From: a virus
Taxonomy: Duplodnaviria > Caudoviricetes
Virus record (IMG/VR): IMGVR_UViG_3300033172_000001
Coordinates: 2,157-66,156 of that record
DNA: 64,000 nt
Direction: 5' to 3' (one strand)
Part shown: piece by piece, positions 44,973 through 52,520 of the stretch
How positions within the stretch are numbered: position 1 is the stretch's first letter
Layout: every line of letters begins with the position of its first letter
Position numbers and translations under genes: made by a program
The notes under the pieces: generated by a model
Told to the model about the DNA's origin: nothing
Database searches by the model: none
Seen by the model: the letters and a program-made list of their open reading frames with translations, nothing else

Positions 44973-45212
44973 ATGAAACATTGTCTGTACATTCCCGAAA
45001 AATTGAACGTTGCTGTTTTTGAAGAAACCGGCAAAGATGAAATGACCGTTTCGGCTACGCTCGGCTGGTCGAGCATGAAATACCGTGAGAAGATGACCAA
45101 AGACGAGGCCCGCGCCTTTTATCGTGAATTGTGTTGTAAAGGCTGGGTTAAGCCTGATGCAAAAACCGCAGCAAAGTTTACCCACTCTTATGTTTACCGC
45201 ATTTATGACTGA
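44973..45212 (+). CDS. Early hypothetical protein
   Basis: Leader AATTCTAAAAGAGAGGTTGATCATG shared with the genes at 842 and 25868. Confidence 0.6.
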   Translation: MKHCLYIPEKLNVAVFEETGKDEMTVSATLGWSSMKYREKMTKDEARAFYRELCCKGWVKPDAKTAAKFTHSYVYRIYD

Positions 45213-45440
45213 GGAGGTTTGTGAAATGTTTATCCGCCAGACAGAAGTTCCCGACCCTGAATTCCCGTGGTATCTTGTTCAATACTTTCCTTTTTCAACC
45301 AATATCTATATCTTTTCCCGCCACAAATCTTATCAAGAGGCTCAGGATTATCGGCGAGAACAAAAGAAAGAAGGGTTGTGTTTTGTTTCTCCGTATGCCG
45401 AAGTTTGTTACTATTTAGATCAAAAAAGGTAAAAAAGTTA

Positions 45441-45484
45441 TTGACTCTGGTTTCAAAATAAAGTATTCTGTTCTTGAAAGTTAA
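45441..45484 (+). promoter_or_regulatory. Early promoter, family copy 7
   Basis: TTGACT-17-TATTCT-5-TGAAAGTTAA. Confidence 0.8.
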
Positions 45485-45520
45485 TTGATGCTCAAAATTA
45501 ATTCTGTCGGAGGAAACAAC

Positions 45521-45661
45521 ATGGGTACTTACGAACACGGATTCGTTGTAAAATCTAAGGAAGAGTTGGAGGAGCTTATGGGCACCTTCGGCAGTAATAG
45601 CTGGCGAAATAGAAAGGGCAAATGGATCGACGCTTTCGTCAACGACAAGACGGGGTGGTAA
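45521..45661 (+). pseudogene. 46-aa truncated paralog of the 19102-19866 N-terminus
   Basis: MGTYEHGFVVKSKEELEELMG versus MDAYEHGFVVKSQKELEELMG. Confidence 0.65.
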
Positions 45662-45664
45662 TGT

Positions 45665-46480
45665 ATGAAAATTAATTTGATGCAGGGCGATTGCCTTGAG
45701 AGGATGAAAGAGATTCCTGATGGGAGTGTTGATCTAACAGTAACTTCACCGCCATACGATAATCTGCGCAATTATAACGGAAATAACGCCCTTTGGGGTG
45801 AACATGTTTGGAAGGCGGTTATTAAAGACCTATACCGTGTTACTAAAGATGGTGGCGTGGTAGTTTGGGTTGTAGGTGATGCGACAATAAAAGGCAGCGA
45901 GACCGGCACATCATTCAAGCAAGCGCTTTGGGCTATGGAGTGTGGTTTTAATTTGCACGACACGATGATTTATGAAAAGGCTCAAGCGTGTTTTGGAAGC
46001 AATAATTGTTACTTGCAAGCCTTTGAGTACATGTTCATTTTAAGCAAAGGAAAGCCAAAAACATTGAACTTTATACGCGACCGAGTAAATAAACGCAGCG
46101 GCGTGGAGAGTATGAGCGCAGGCGGATTAAGTGTTGATGGTGTCAAGGCAAGCAGAATTAAAAAAGAAATGAAGGCTGTTGGCAAGCGCAAAAACATTTG
46201 GAAGTATGGTGTTGGCGGAGGAAAAACAGGGCATCCAGCCGTATTTCCAGAGCGGCTGGCCCACGACCACATCATAAGCTGGTCAAACGAAGGTGATACT
46301 GTTTTTGATCCATTTATGGGCAGTGGTACGACTGGCAAGATGGCTAAGCTGACAGGACGCAACTTTATCGGCATTGAGCTTGATCCGGAATACTTCGCCA
46401 TTGCCAAGCAGCGCATCGAGATTGCGAAATCTACAATTCCGCTTCTTTCTAATGAGAACATAATGAAATTTTTTTGTTAA
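45665..46480 (+). CDS. Second N4-C/N6-A DNA methyltransferase (beta class)
   Basis: TSPPY, HPAVFP, DPFMGSGTTG. Confidence 0.92.
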   Translation: MKINLMQGDCLERMKEIPDGSVDLTVTSPPYDNLRNYNGNNALWGEHVWKAVIKDLYRVTKDGGVVVWVVGDATIKGSETGTSFKQALWAMECGFNLHDTMIYEKAQACFGSNNCYLQAFEYMFILSKGKPKTLNFIRDRVNKRSGVESMSAGGLSVDGVKASRIKKEMKAVGKRKNIWKYGVGGGKTGHPAVFPERLAHDHIISWSNEGDTVFDPFMGSGTTGKMAKLTGRNFIGIELDPEYFAIAKQRIEIAKSTIPLLSNENIMKFFC

Positions 46481-46894
46481 ATATAAAAACGAATTCAGTT
46501 CCCGCGAATATTTTAATCACAAAAAAGATTCCGCCGTCTAAAATTATTCTTAACATTCATAATCTGGTAATGTTTACTGGAGGCATAGGTTTAGATGATT
46601 TGAGCGTGAATTCTGCTTTCAATTGGTAAGAGATCCTTGTTGATAAAGGAACCAAAATCACAGAAAAAGACATTACGGTTTTAAAATGAGTGAAAACGCA
46701 AGCGAAACAAGCGAAACAGAAAACCCGCTCATTCCCGAAATATATGAAAACCCAGTTGAATTCCAGATCATTTTTGAAGATTCAGCAGGAAGAAGAATTC
46801 ACGGTTACATTGAAGCAAATGGATGGGATGACATTCAGGAAAAAATTAAGCCATGTGTTCTTGTTAGTACAATGAGAGTGACAAAATAAAAAGT

Positions 46895-46967
46895 AGCGGT
46901 GTAGCTCAATGGTAGAGCTGGCGAATTTGAATCGCCAGATTCAGTTCAATTCCGGACACCGCTTCCA
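46895..46967 (+). tRNA. Atypical tRNA, anticodon TTG (Gln), possibly degenerate
   Basis: AGCGGTG/CACCGCT acceptor, GCTC/GAGC D-stem, GGCGA/TCGCC anticodon stem, GTTCAATTC T-loop, encoded CCA; 3-nt variable loop and a T-stem mismatch. Confidence 0.6.
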
Positions 46968-47035
46968 AACAAAAACAAAAGAACGTTGACACTAGAATTA
47001 AAGTTTTACATTATAAAGAATAAAAGGAGCAAATC

Positions 47036-47296
47036 ATGAAACACGTTGAAGTTAATGATCCTAACGTATTCAAACCATTCATCATCGGCATTCAAATTGA
47101 AAGTGTTGAGGACGCAATTAAATTATATTCAATGTTTAATCATGCTTCTATAACAGAAAGTTTTGAAATTCCAGAAGAAGTCCATGATGGCATTCGTCGT
47201 AATATTTTACGCGATTGCGACGAAGCTGCTTATTATAAATCGTTTTTTGAAAAAGCGGATCAAGCATTGACCAAAAAATGTAAAAAAGACGTTTGA
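47036..47296 (+). CDS. Hypothetical protein
   Basis: AAGGAG RBS; TTGACA promoter upstream. Confidence 0.5.
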   Translation: MKHVEVNDPNVFKPFIIGIQIESVEDAIKLYSMFNHASITESFEIPEEVHDGIRRNILRDCDEAAYYKSFFEKADQALTKKCKKDV

Positions 47297-47299
47297 AAA

Positions 47300-47827
47300 A
47301 TGAGAATTAAACAAAATTGGATGTATTTTAAATATTTGATTCGCCACAAATATTATGTTATGAAGGCGTGCCACATGCTTGGATTAGGAACGTGGGTCGG
47401 ACTGAAACATGATATGAGCAAGTTTCTTCCTTCTGAGTGGATTCCATACAAGGAATGTTTTTATGACGAAACCGGAAAAAAGCGTTATCTTGAAACAGAA
47501 GAATTCATTAATGCATGGTTTCTTCATCAAAAACGAAACAAACACCACTGGCAATATTGGCTTTTAACTCTTGACAAGGGTAACGTTCAAGCAGTAAAAA
47601 TGCCAGAAAGATACATGGTTGAAATGGTAGCTGATTGGATAGGAGCAGGAATAGCGATTACGGGCGAGATGGAAGTTTGGGAATGGTACAAAGCAAATAG
47701 AAATAATATGACGCTTCATCCGGAAACAAGAAACGACGTTGAAATGCTTTTACGTTGGACAAAAATAATTCATAACAAAGAGGAGATAAAGGATAGAATA
47801 TATGAGAGAAATTTACCGAAAAATTAA
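47300..47827 (+). CDS. DUF5662-like (HD-related) protein
   Basis: RHK..V...HDMSKF..EW...H..RNKHHWQYW...MP...EMVADW. Confidence 0.7.
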   Translation: MRIKQNWMYFKYLIRHKYYVMKACHMLGLGTWVGLKHDMSKFLPSEWIPYKECFYDETGKKRYLETEEFINAWFLHQKRNKHHWQYWLLTLDKGNVQAVKMPERYMVEMVADWIGAGIAITGEMEVWEWYKANRNNMTLHPETRNDVEMLLRWTKIIHNKEEIKDRIYERNLPKN

Positions 47828-47918
47828 AGACGTAAAAACTGAGGCACTGACCACAAATATTCTTCAAAAGAAAATCAATAAATTTTTTGCTGAAATGTCT
47901 AATTAAAGGTGAACAGCG

Positions 47919-48284
47919 ATGAACAATGAAAACGCAGAATTCAACGAAAACGAAGAAATCCAGAAAATGATGCCGAATTCTGGAAAGATTTATGATTTTG
48001 AATTCGGTCCAAAAGAACGCATGCCAGACGAATCTTTTCAAAAATACAAACTTCGCCGAAAGGTTGAGGCGTATATTTTGAACACGCGACTTGCACGGGG
48101 AATAAATACATGGGACGCTTCTAAGCATGGAGGCTTTACTGATCCCGGGAAGAAACAGCGCAAGACGTTCAATAAAGTAAAAAAGATGTTCCTCAAACAA
48201 AAGATGAAGGAATACAAACAGAATAATTATGGAGCCAAGATGCCGCTTGAAGTCATTGAAGATATCAAGACTTCTTGGTCCTAA
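47919..48284 (+). CDS. Hypothetical protein
   Basis: Basic ORF; no recognised family. Confidence 0.5.
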   Translation: MNNENAEFNENEEIQKMMPNSGKIYDFEFGPKERMPDESFQKYKLRRKVEAYILNTRLARGINTWDASKHGGFTDPGKKQRKTFNKVKKMFLKQKMKEYKQNNYGAKMPLEVIEDIKTSWS

Positions 48285-48406
48285 AACAAATAGGTTTATA
48301 TAAAAATCACAATACAGGCTAATCCTAGCGATCCTGAGACGAAAGACACAAAGAACAATGTTCTCTGTTTCAAAAGAATAAATAATATACAAGGAATAAA
48401 AAGAAA

Positions 48407-48634
48407 ATGGACAAATTTATTAGTATTATTAATGATGAATCTGCTAGTTTTGATGAAATTGAATCTGCTATTACTGTTTTAACAATGAGAAGGGAAAACT
48501 TTGATTGGCAAGAACAAACATATAAGGCAAAATCTGAAGCAGCGTTAAATAATAAAAATTTTGTCACTGGAATTCTGAAATTATTGTATCTAAAAAAACA
48601 GAAATTAAAACCAAATGAGACAAAAAAGGAATGA
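48407..48634 (+). CDS. Hypothetical protein
   Basis: Overlaps the holin start. Confidence 0.5.
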   Translation: MDKFISIINDESASFDEIESAITVLTMRRENFDWQEQTYKAKSEAALNNKNFVTGILKLLYLKKQKLKPNETKKE

Positions 48635-48981
48635 ATTTTTTCGGAGAAAATTTCACTTATATAGTTACTGCCGTTGTTGTTGCTATGGTAGGCGGTGTTG
48701 CAAACTGGTTTATGAGTGAAGATCATACCATGTTTCAATTTATTGTGGCTGTCTTTTTAGCTGGTTTTGCTGGATTCCTTGTAGGCGAATTGTGTATTGA
48801 AGCCAATATTTCAGAATCATGGGCATTCTTCTTTTGTGGAACCGCTGGTCTTTCAGCAGAAGTTGTTTTAAAACTCTTGAGAAAATACGGACTGAAGAAA
48901 TTGAGCAAATTGACCGGCGAAGAAATTACAGATTTTATTCAACCGCTTGAAAAAGACAAAAAAGACAAAAAAGAGGAATAA
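48631..48981 (+). CDS. Holin (LydA-like, about 3 TM)
   Basis: AMVGGVANW...AGFAGFLVG...GTAGLSA and a charged C-tail. Confidence 0.75.
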   Translation: MNFFGENFTYIVTAVVVAMVGGVANWFMSEDHTMFQFIVAVFLAGFAGFLVGELCIEANISESWAFFFCGTAGLSAEVVLKLLRKYGLKKLSKLTGEEITDFIQPLEKDKKDKKEE

Positions 48982-48984
48982 ATT

Positions 48985-49818
48985 ATGTACAGTGCAAGGA
49001 TAGGAGAATATATTCTTAATTTCTTTACTGACTCTTCAATTACTCCGATTCAAATGATCGGATTAATTGAAATTTTCATTGGTATTTTTGGATTGTATGT
49101 TGCTCATTTGTTCAAAAGAAGTGCCATGTTCCGGTTTAAATTGGCTATGGTTTATACATTGCCAATTATCGCCGGAACAATGTCTGTGACTGATTTATCT
49201 GATAATCATTTTTACAAGCACTTATTAATATTGACTTACATGTTATTCATTACTATACTATATTGGCGTGAAGTTAAATCACTGACCACAACAGAAGGTT
49301 ATCACAAAAATTCACTCGCGAATTATCTTGACGATGTTCCTGATTTAATTTGGGTCAAGGACGCGGATATGAGATACACATATTGCAACAAAGCAGTTTT
49401 GAAAACTTTTGGTTTTTGTAAAAATGAAATATTAGGAAGAACGGATATTGAACTAGGTGTAATCAAGAAAAGAAATAATGAACGATATGATTTTGATTTA
49501 ATTTGTGATAAATCAGATCACGAAGTACGATTGTCCCAGAAAGCACAAAAAACAATTGAATCTGGATATATCAAAGATAATTTTTATTCATTTCAAGTTT
49601 ATAAAGCTCCAATTCTGATTGAAAGATTAGATCCTCATGATCCCTCAAAGAAACATATTGGATACATTGGAATTGCGCGGGATTTGACTTATGATGTTAT
49701 TGATCATAAAGAAATTGAAGAAATGATTGTGAATGACGAAATTGATAAGGCAATTAATCTGTTTTGTTTACACACAAAACGATATAAAAACATTGAATTA
49801 AAAGACAAGGAAAAATAA
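48985..49818 (+). CDS. Membrane-anchored PAS-domain protein with no output domain
   Basis: About four TM helices, then LDDVPDLIWVKDADMRYTYCNKA...GRTDIEL...SDHEV...YKAPI...YIGIARDLT (PAS/PAC). Confidence 0.75.
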   Translation: MYSARIGEYILNFFTDSSITPIQMIGLIEIFIGIFGLYVAHLFKRSAMFRFKLAMVYTLPIIAGTMSVTDLSDNHFYKHLLILTYMLFITILYWREVKSLTTTEGYHKNSLANYLDDVPDLIWVKDADMRYTYCNKAVLKTFGFCKNEILGRTDIELGVIKKRNNERYDFDLICDKSDHEVRLSQKAQKTIESGYIKDNFYSFQVYKAPILIERLDPHDPSKKHIGYIGIARDLTYDVIDHKEIEEMIVNDEIDKAINLFCLHTKRYKNIELKDKEK

Positions 49819-49823
49819 ATTTC

Positions 49824-49897
49824 AAGAGGTGTAATATTGAAGAGTCTGATAATTCCTTTCAAGAGGTGTAATATTGAAGAGTCTGATAATTCCTTTC
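49824..49897 (+). repeat. 37-nt tandem duplication of RBS plus start region
   Basis: AAGAGGTGTAATATTGAAGAGTCTGATAATTCCTTTC twice. Confidence 0.9.
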
Positions 49898-50578
49898 ATT
49901 GTTTCTTTTTTTGCATTTGCTCCAACAGAATGTCTTACCAGTTCAACCGACCAATATTATTTCAAATACAAATACAACAAAAAAACAGCAAAAGAAAGGG
50001 TCATAAAAAATTACAAAGATTCTTTTTTTGTCAAGAAACAAAAGAAGACTCAAAAAGAAAAATCAGTCAACAACAAAAAAGATGAAAGCGGATTGCTTTT
50101 CGCCGAATTCAAAAATTTACAAAAACAATTATTAGGAGATTCAGAAGTGCAAAAAGTTCTCAATATAACAAATTCAGATAGACATTGGCTTGCTTTAAAT
50201 ATTTTTCACGAAGCCAGAGGAGAAAATCTTCACGGTAAAATGGCAGTTGCTTTTGTGACTTTAAATAGAGTTGTTCACAGAGCATGGCCAGACACGATCA
50301 AGGGGGTTGTTACTCAGCCTTATCAATTTTCGTGGTATAATTCAAAGAAAGTGCCTCCTATCACCGCTGCCCAACAAAAATCATGGGAAGAATGTAAAAC
50401 AATTGCAGACCTTTCAATTGAGTTGTATAATGCTATGGCAGAATCAAAAGAATTTGAAGTTGATGGGCTGGTACGAGGGGCAGACCATTATTTTGCGGAT
50501 TACATCAAACCACCTAAGTGGGCTGCAAAAATGGCATATCAAGCAAAAGTGGGTCGGCATTTATTTTACAAGATGTAA
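49874..50578 (+). CDS. SleB/Hydrolase_2 cell-wall hydrolase with signal peptide
   Basis: LALNIFHEARGE...AVAFVTLNRV...WPDTIKGVVTQPYQFSW...GADHY...GRHLFY. Confidence 0.88.
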   Translation: MKSLIIPFIVSFFAFAPTECLTSSTDQYYFKYKYNKKTAKERVIKNYKDSFFVKKQKKTQKEKSVNNKKDESGLLFAEFKNLQKQLLGDSEVQKVLNITNSDRHWLALNIFHEARGENLHGKMAVAFVTLNRVVHRAWPDTIKGVVTQPYQFSWYNSKKVPPITAAQQKSWEECKTIADLSIELYNAMAESKEFEVDGLVRGADHYFADYIKPPKWAAKMAYQAKVGRHLFYKM

Positions 50579-50603
50579 AACATGAAAAGAGAAAGGAGAA
50601 AAT

Positions 50604-50828
50604 ATGATTGTCAGAAAAGAGGAATTTTGTGCATGGGTTGAACGACACAAGATCAAAACAAACCAAAATTATATTGATTCAGTGTTGGATGCTTGTGACA
50701 GATTCAAGATTCAAGAGGAATTCGTTCCTAGTCTTTTGAATGACAAGATCATTCAAAATATTCAAGCAGAAGCCAAAGAGCTAAAATATCTTCCTAATAA
50801 TGAATATAATATAAAAGAATTCCTATGA
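50604..50828 (+). CDS. 33: Late transcription coactivator gp33
   Basis: F...VE......YIDSV...C....IQEE....LL...I...IQAEA.ELKYL; synteny with 59 and 32. Confidence 0.8.
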   Translation: MIVRKEEFCAWVERHKIKTNQNYIDSVLDACDRFKIQEEFVPSLLNDKIIQNIQAEAKELKYLPNNEYNIKEFL

Positions 50829-51457
50829 AAATTGGTGTTTTTAAGACGTATGAATTGTTTTGTGCGATGAAATTACATTGGAACACAAAACATTATAATT
50901 TTGTTGAATACAAAGGGAAAACTAAATTAACAAGAGTTTCACTTGATACGTCTTCAGAAAAAAGTTTTTATTATCATCTAAACGAGAAATATAAAACATC
51001 TGAAGAATTGATAGGTTATCTGATTCCTTGTTTTTTAGAAAACCCGAAAGTCAATGTGCGTGATTTGTGCGATGAACGATATAAAAACGCCGCAGAAAAA
51101 TGGTTAAATAAGATCAAATCACTGAAGTCTGTTTTCAAAGATGATGTTTTTCATATTGCTTTATTCATAAAACAGAATAAAATTGATTCTGATTATTTCT
51201 TTTGTTCTGATATGATTTATAAAGCACTAATTAATGACAGCATTCAACTTGAAACTTTTATTATTTTGAATTTTATTTTAAAATTTCTTGACAAACACGC
51301 CGTAGATGATATAATATACAAGTATGAGTATGAAATGAAGGTGAATAAATATAAAGCCTTCATTTCAGTAAATCTTGATGCTTACAAAAAAATCTTGATT
51401 AATTCAATAGCCGAGGCTAAGGAGGAAGGTTATGTGATATCAAAAATTTCTGTGTAG
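50825..51457 (+). CDS. 59: Helicase loader gp59
   Basis: AMKLHW...YNFVEYKGKT...LETFIIL...KYKAFI; synteny. Confidence 0.8.
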   Translation: MKIGVFKTYELFCAMKLHWNTKHYNFVEYKGKTKLTRVSLDTSSEKSFYYHLNEKYKTSEELIGYLIPCFLENPKVNVRDLCDERYKNAAEKWLNKIKSLKSVFKDDVFHIALFIKQNKIDSDYFFCSDMIYKALINDSIQLETFIILNFILKFLDKHAVDDIIYKYEYEMKVNKYKAFISVNLDAYKKILINSIAEAKEEGYVISKISV

Positions 51458-51472
51458 GTAACATAGAAAAAA

Positions 51473-51500
51473 CTTTCAACTGCTTTCAACTGCTTTCAAC
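51473..51500 (+). repeat. Three CTTTCAAC units at 10-nt period in the gene 32 leader
   Basis: CTTTCAAC-TG-CTTTCAAC-TG-CTTTCAAC. Confidence 0.8.
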
Positions 51501-51532
51501 TTTTAAACAATTTTCAAAGGAAACGCAACTGT

Positions 51533-52453
51533 ATGGATTTTAGCAAAATTAACGCAAACGAAAAATCTCTGAACGATCTTCTCAATGCATTCGGCAAAAC
51601 CCGATTTGCAAAATCTGATTTCGGCGATGAAACCGAATGGAAACTTCAGAAAGACAAAGCTGGAAATGGATCAGCAAAGCTCCGTTTTCTTCCTTCTCCC
51701 ACCGGCGAGTATTTTGTAGAAACACGGGATCATGGATTCAAGCTCAATGGTGCATGGTACATTGAACGTTGTCCAAAGACTATTGATTGGGATAATCCTT
51801 GTCCTGCTTGTGAATATGCAGACGCTCTAAAGAAAGGACGTGAATGGGACCATATTCCTGAGTCTGAACAAGCAGTGATTCGTCCAATCTTTGGTAAAAC
51901 TTCGTATTGGGCAAATGTTCTTGTAGAAAAGGATCCTGAGAATCCCGAGAATGAAGGAAAGATTTTCAAGTTCCGATTTGGGAAGAAAATCCTGGAGAAG
52001 ATTTATAATCGGGCAATTGACGATCCTATTGACGGAACAAAAGGAATCAATGTGTTTGATCCTGTTGAAGGAGCCTCGTTCACTCTTCGTTGCAAGAAAG
52101 TGAAAGGATTCTTTAATTATGATGATTCTTCATTCGGAATGCCTGAACCACTTTTCGGTGGGGACGCTGACAAAATTGATGAACTGATCAAGAGCGGACA
52201 GAATATCAATGAAGAACTAGGAGAAAAGAAATTTTCTTCGTATGAGGAGTCAAACAAAAAGCTCAAACGTCTTATTGGTGGAAAAAACGTTGTTATTCCA
52301 GATACTCCACCGGTGAAAGAGAGTCATAATGACAAAGAAGAAAAACAGTATGATTCTTCAGAAGGAGTTGATCATCCAGAAGAAAATGAGGACGATGACG
52401 CTTTTAACTACTTCAAGCAACTGGCTGATACTGATGACGATGCGCCATTCTGA
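51533..52453 (+). CDS. 32: Single-stranded DNA-binding protein gp32
   Basis: WKLQKDKAGNGSAKLRFLP, HGF...WYIERC...CPACE, YWANVLV, FRFGKKI; acidic tail. Confidence 0.95.
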   Translation: MDFSKINANEKSLNDLLNAFGKTRFAKSDFGDETEWKLQKDKAGNGSAKLRFLPSPTGEYFVETRDHGFKLNGAWYIERCPKTIDWDNPCPACEYADALKKGREWDHIPESEQAVIRPIFGKTSYWANVLVEKDPENPENEGKIFKFRFGKKILEKIYNRAIDDPIDGTKGINVFDPVEGASFTLRCKKVKGFFNYDDSSFGMPEPLFGGDADKIDELIKSGQNINEELGEKKFSSYEESNKKLKRLIGGKNVVIPDTPPVKESHNDKEEKQYDSSEGVDHPEENEDDDAFNYFKQLADTDDDAPF

Positions 52454-52483
52454 TTGTTGAAATATAAACAATCCAAGTAAAAC

Positions 52484-52520
52484 AAAAGAGGCGGAACAAT
52501 TATTGTTCCGCCTCTTTTTT
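52484..52520. terminator. Bidirectional terminator
   Basis: AAAAGAGGCGGAACAAT-T-ATTGTTCCGCCTCTTTT between convergent genes. Confidence 0.85.
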
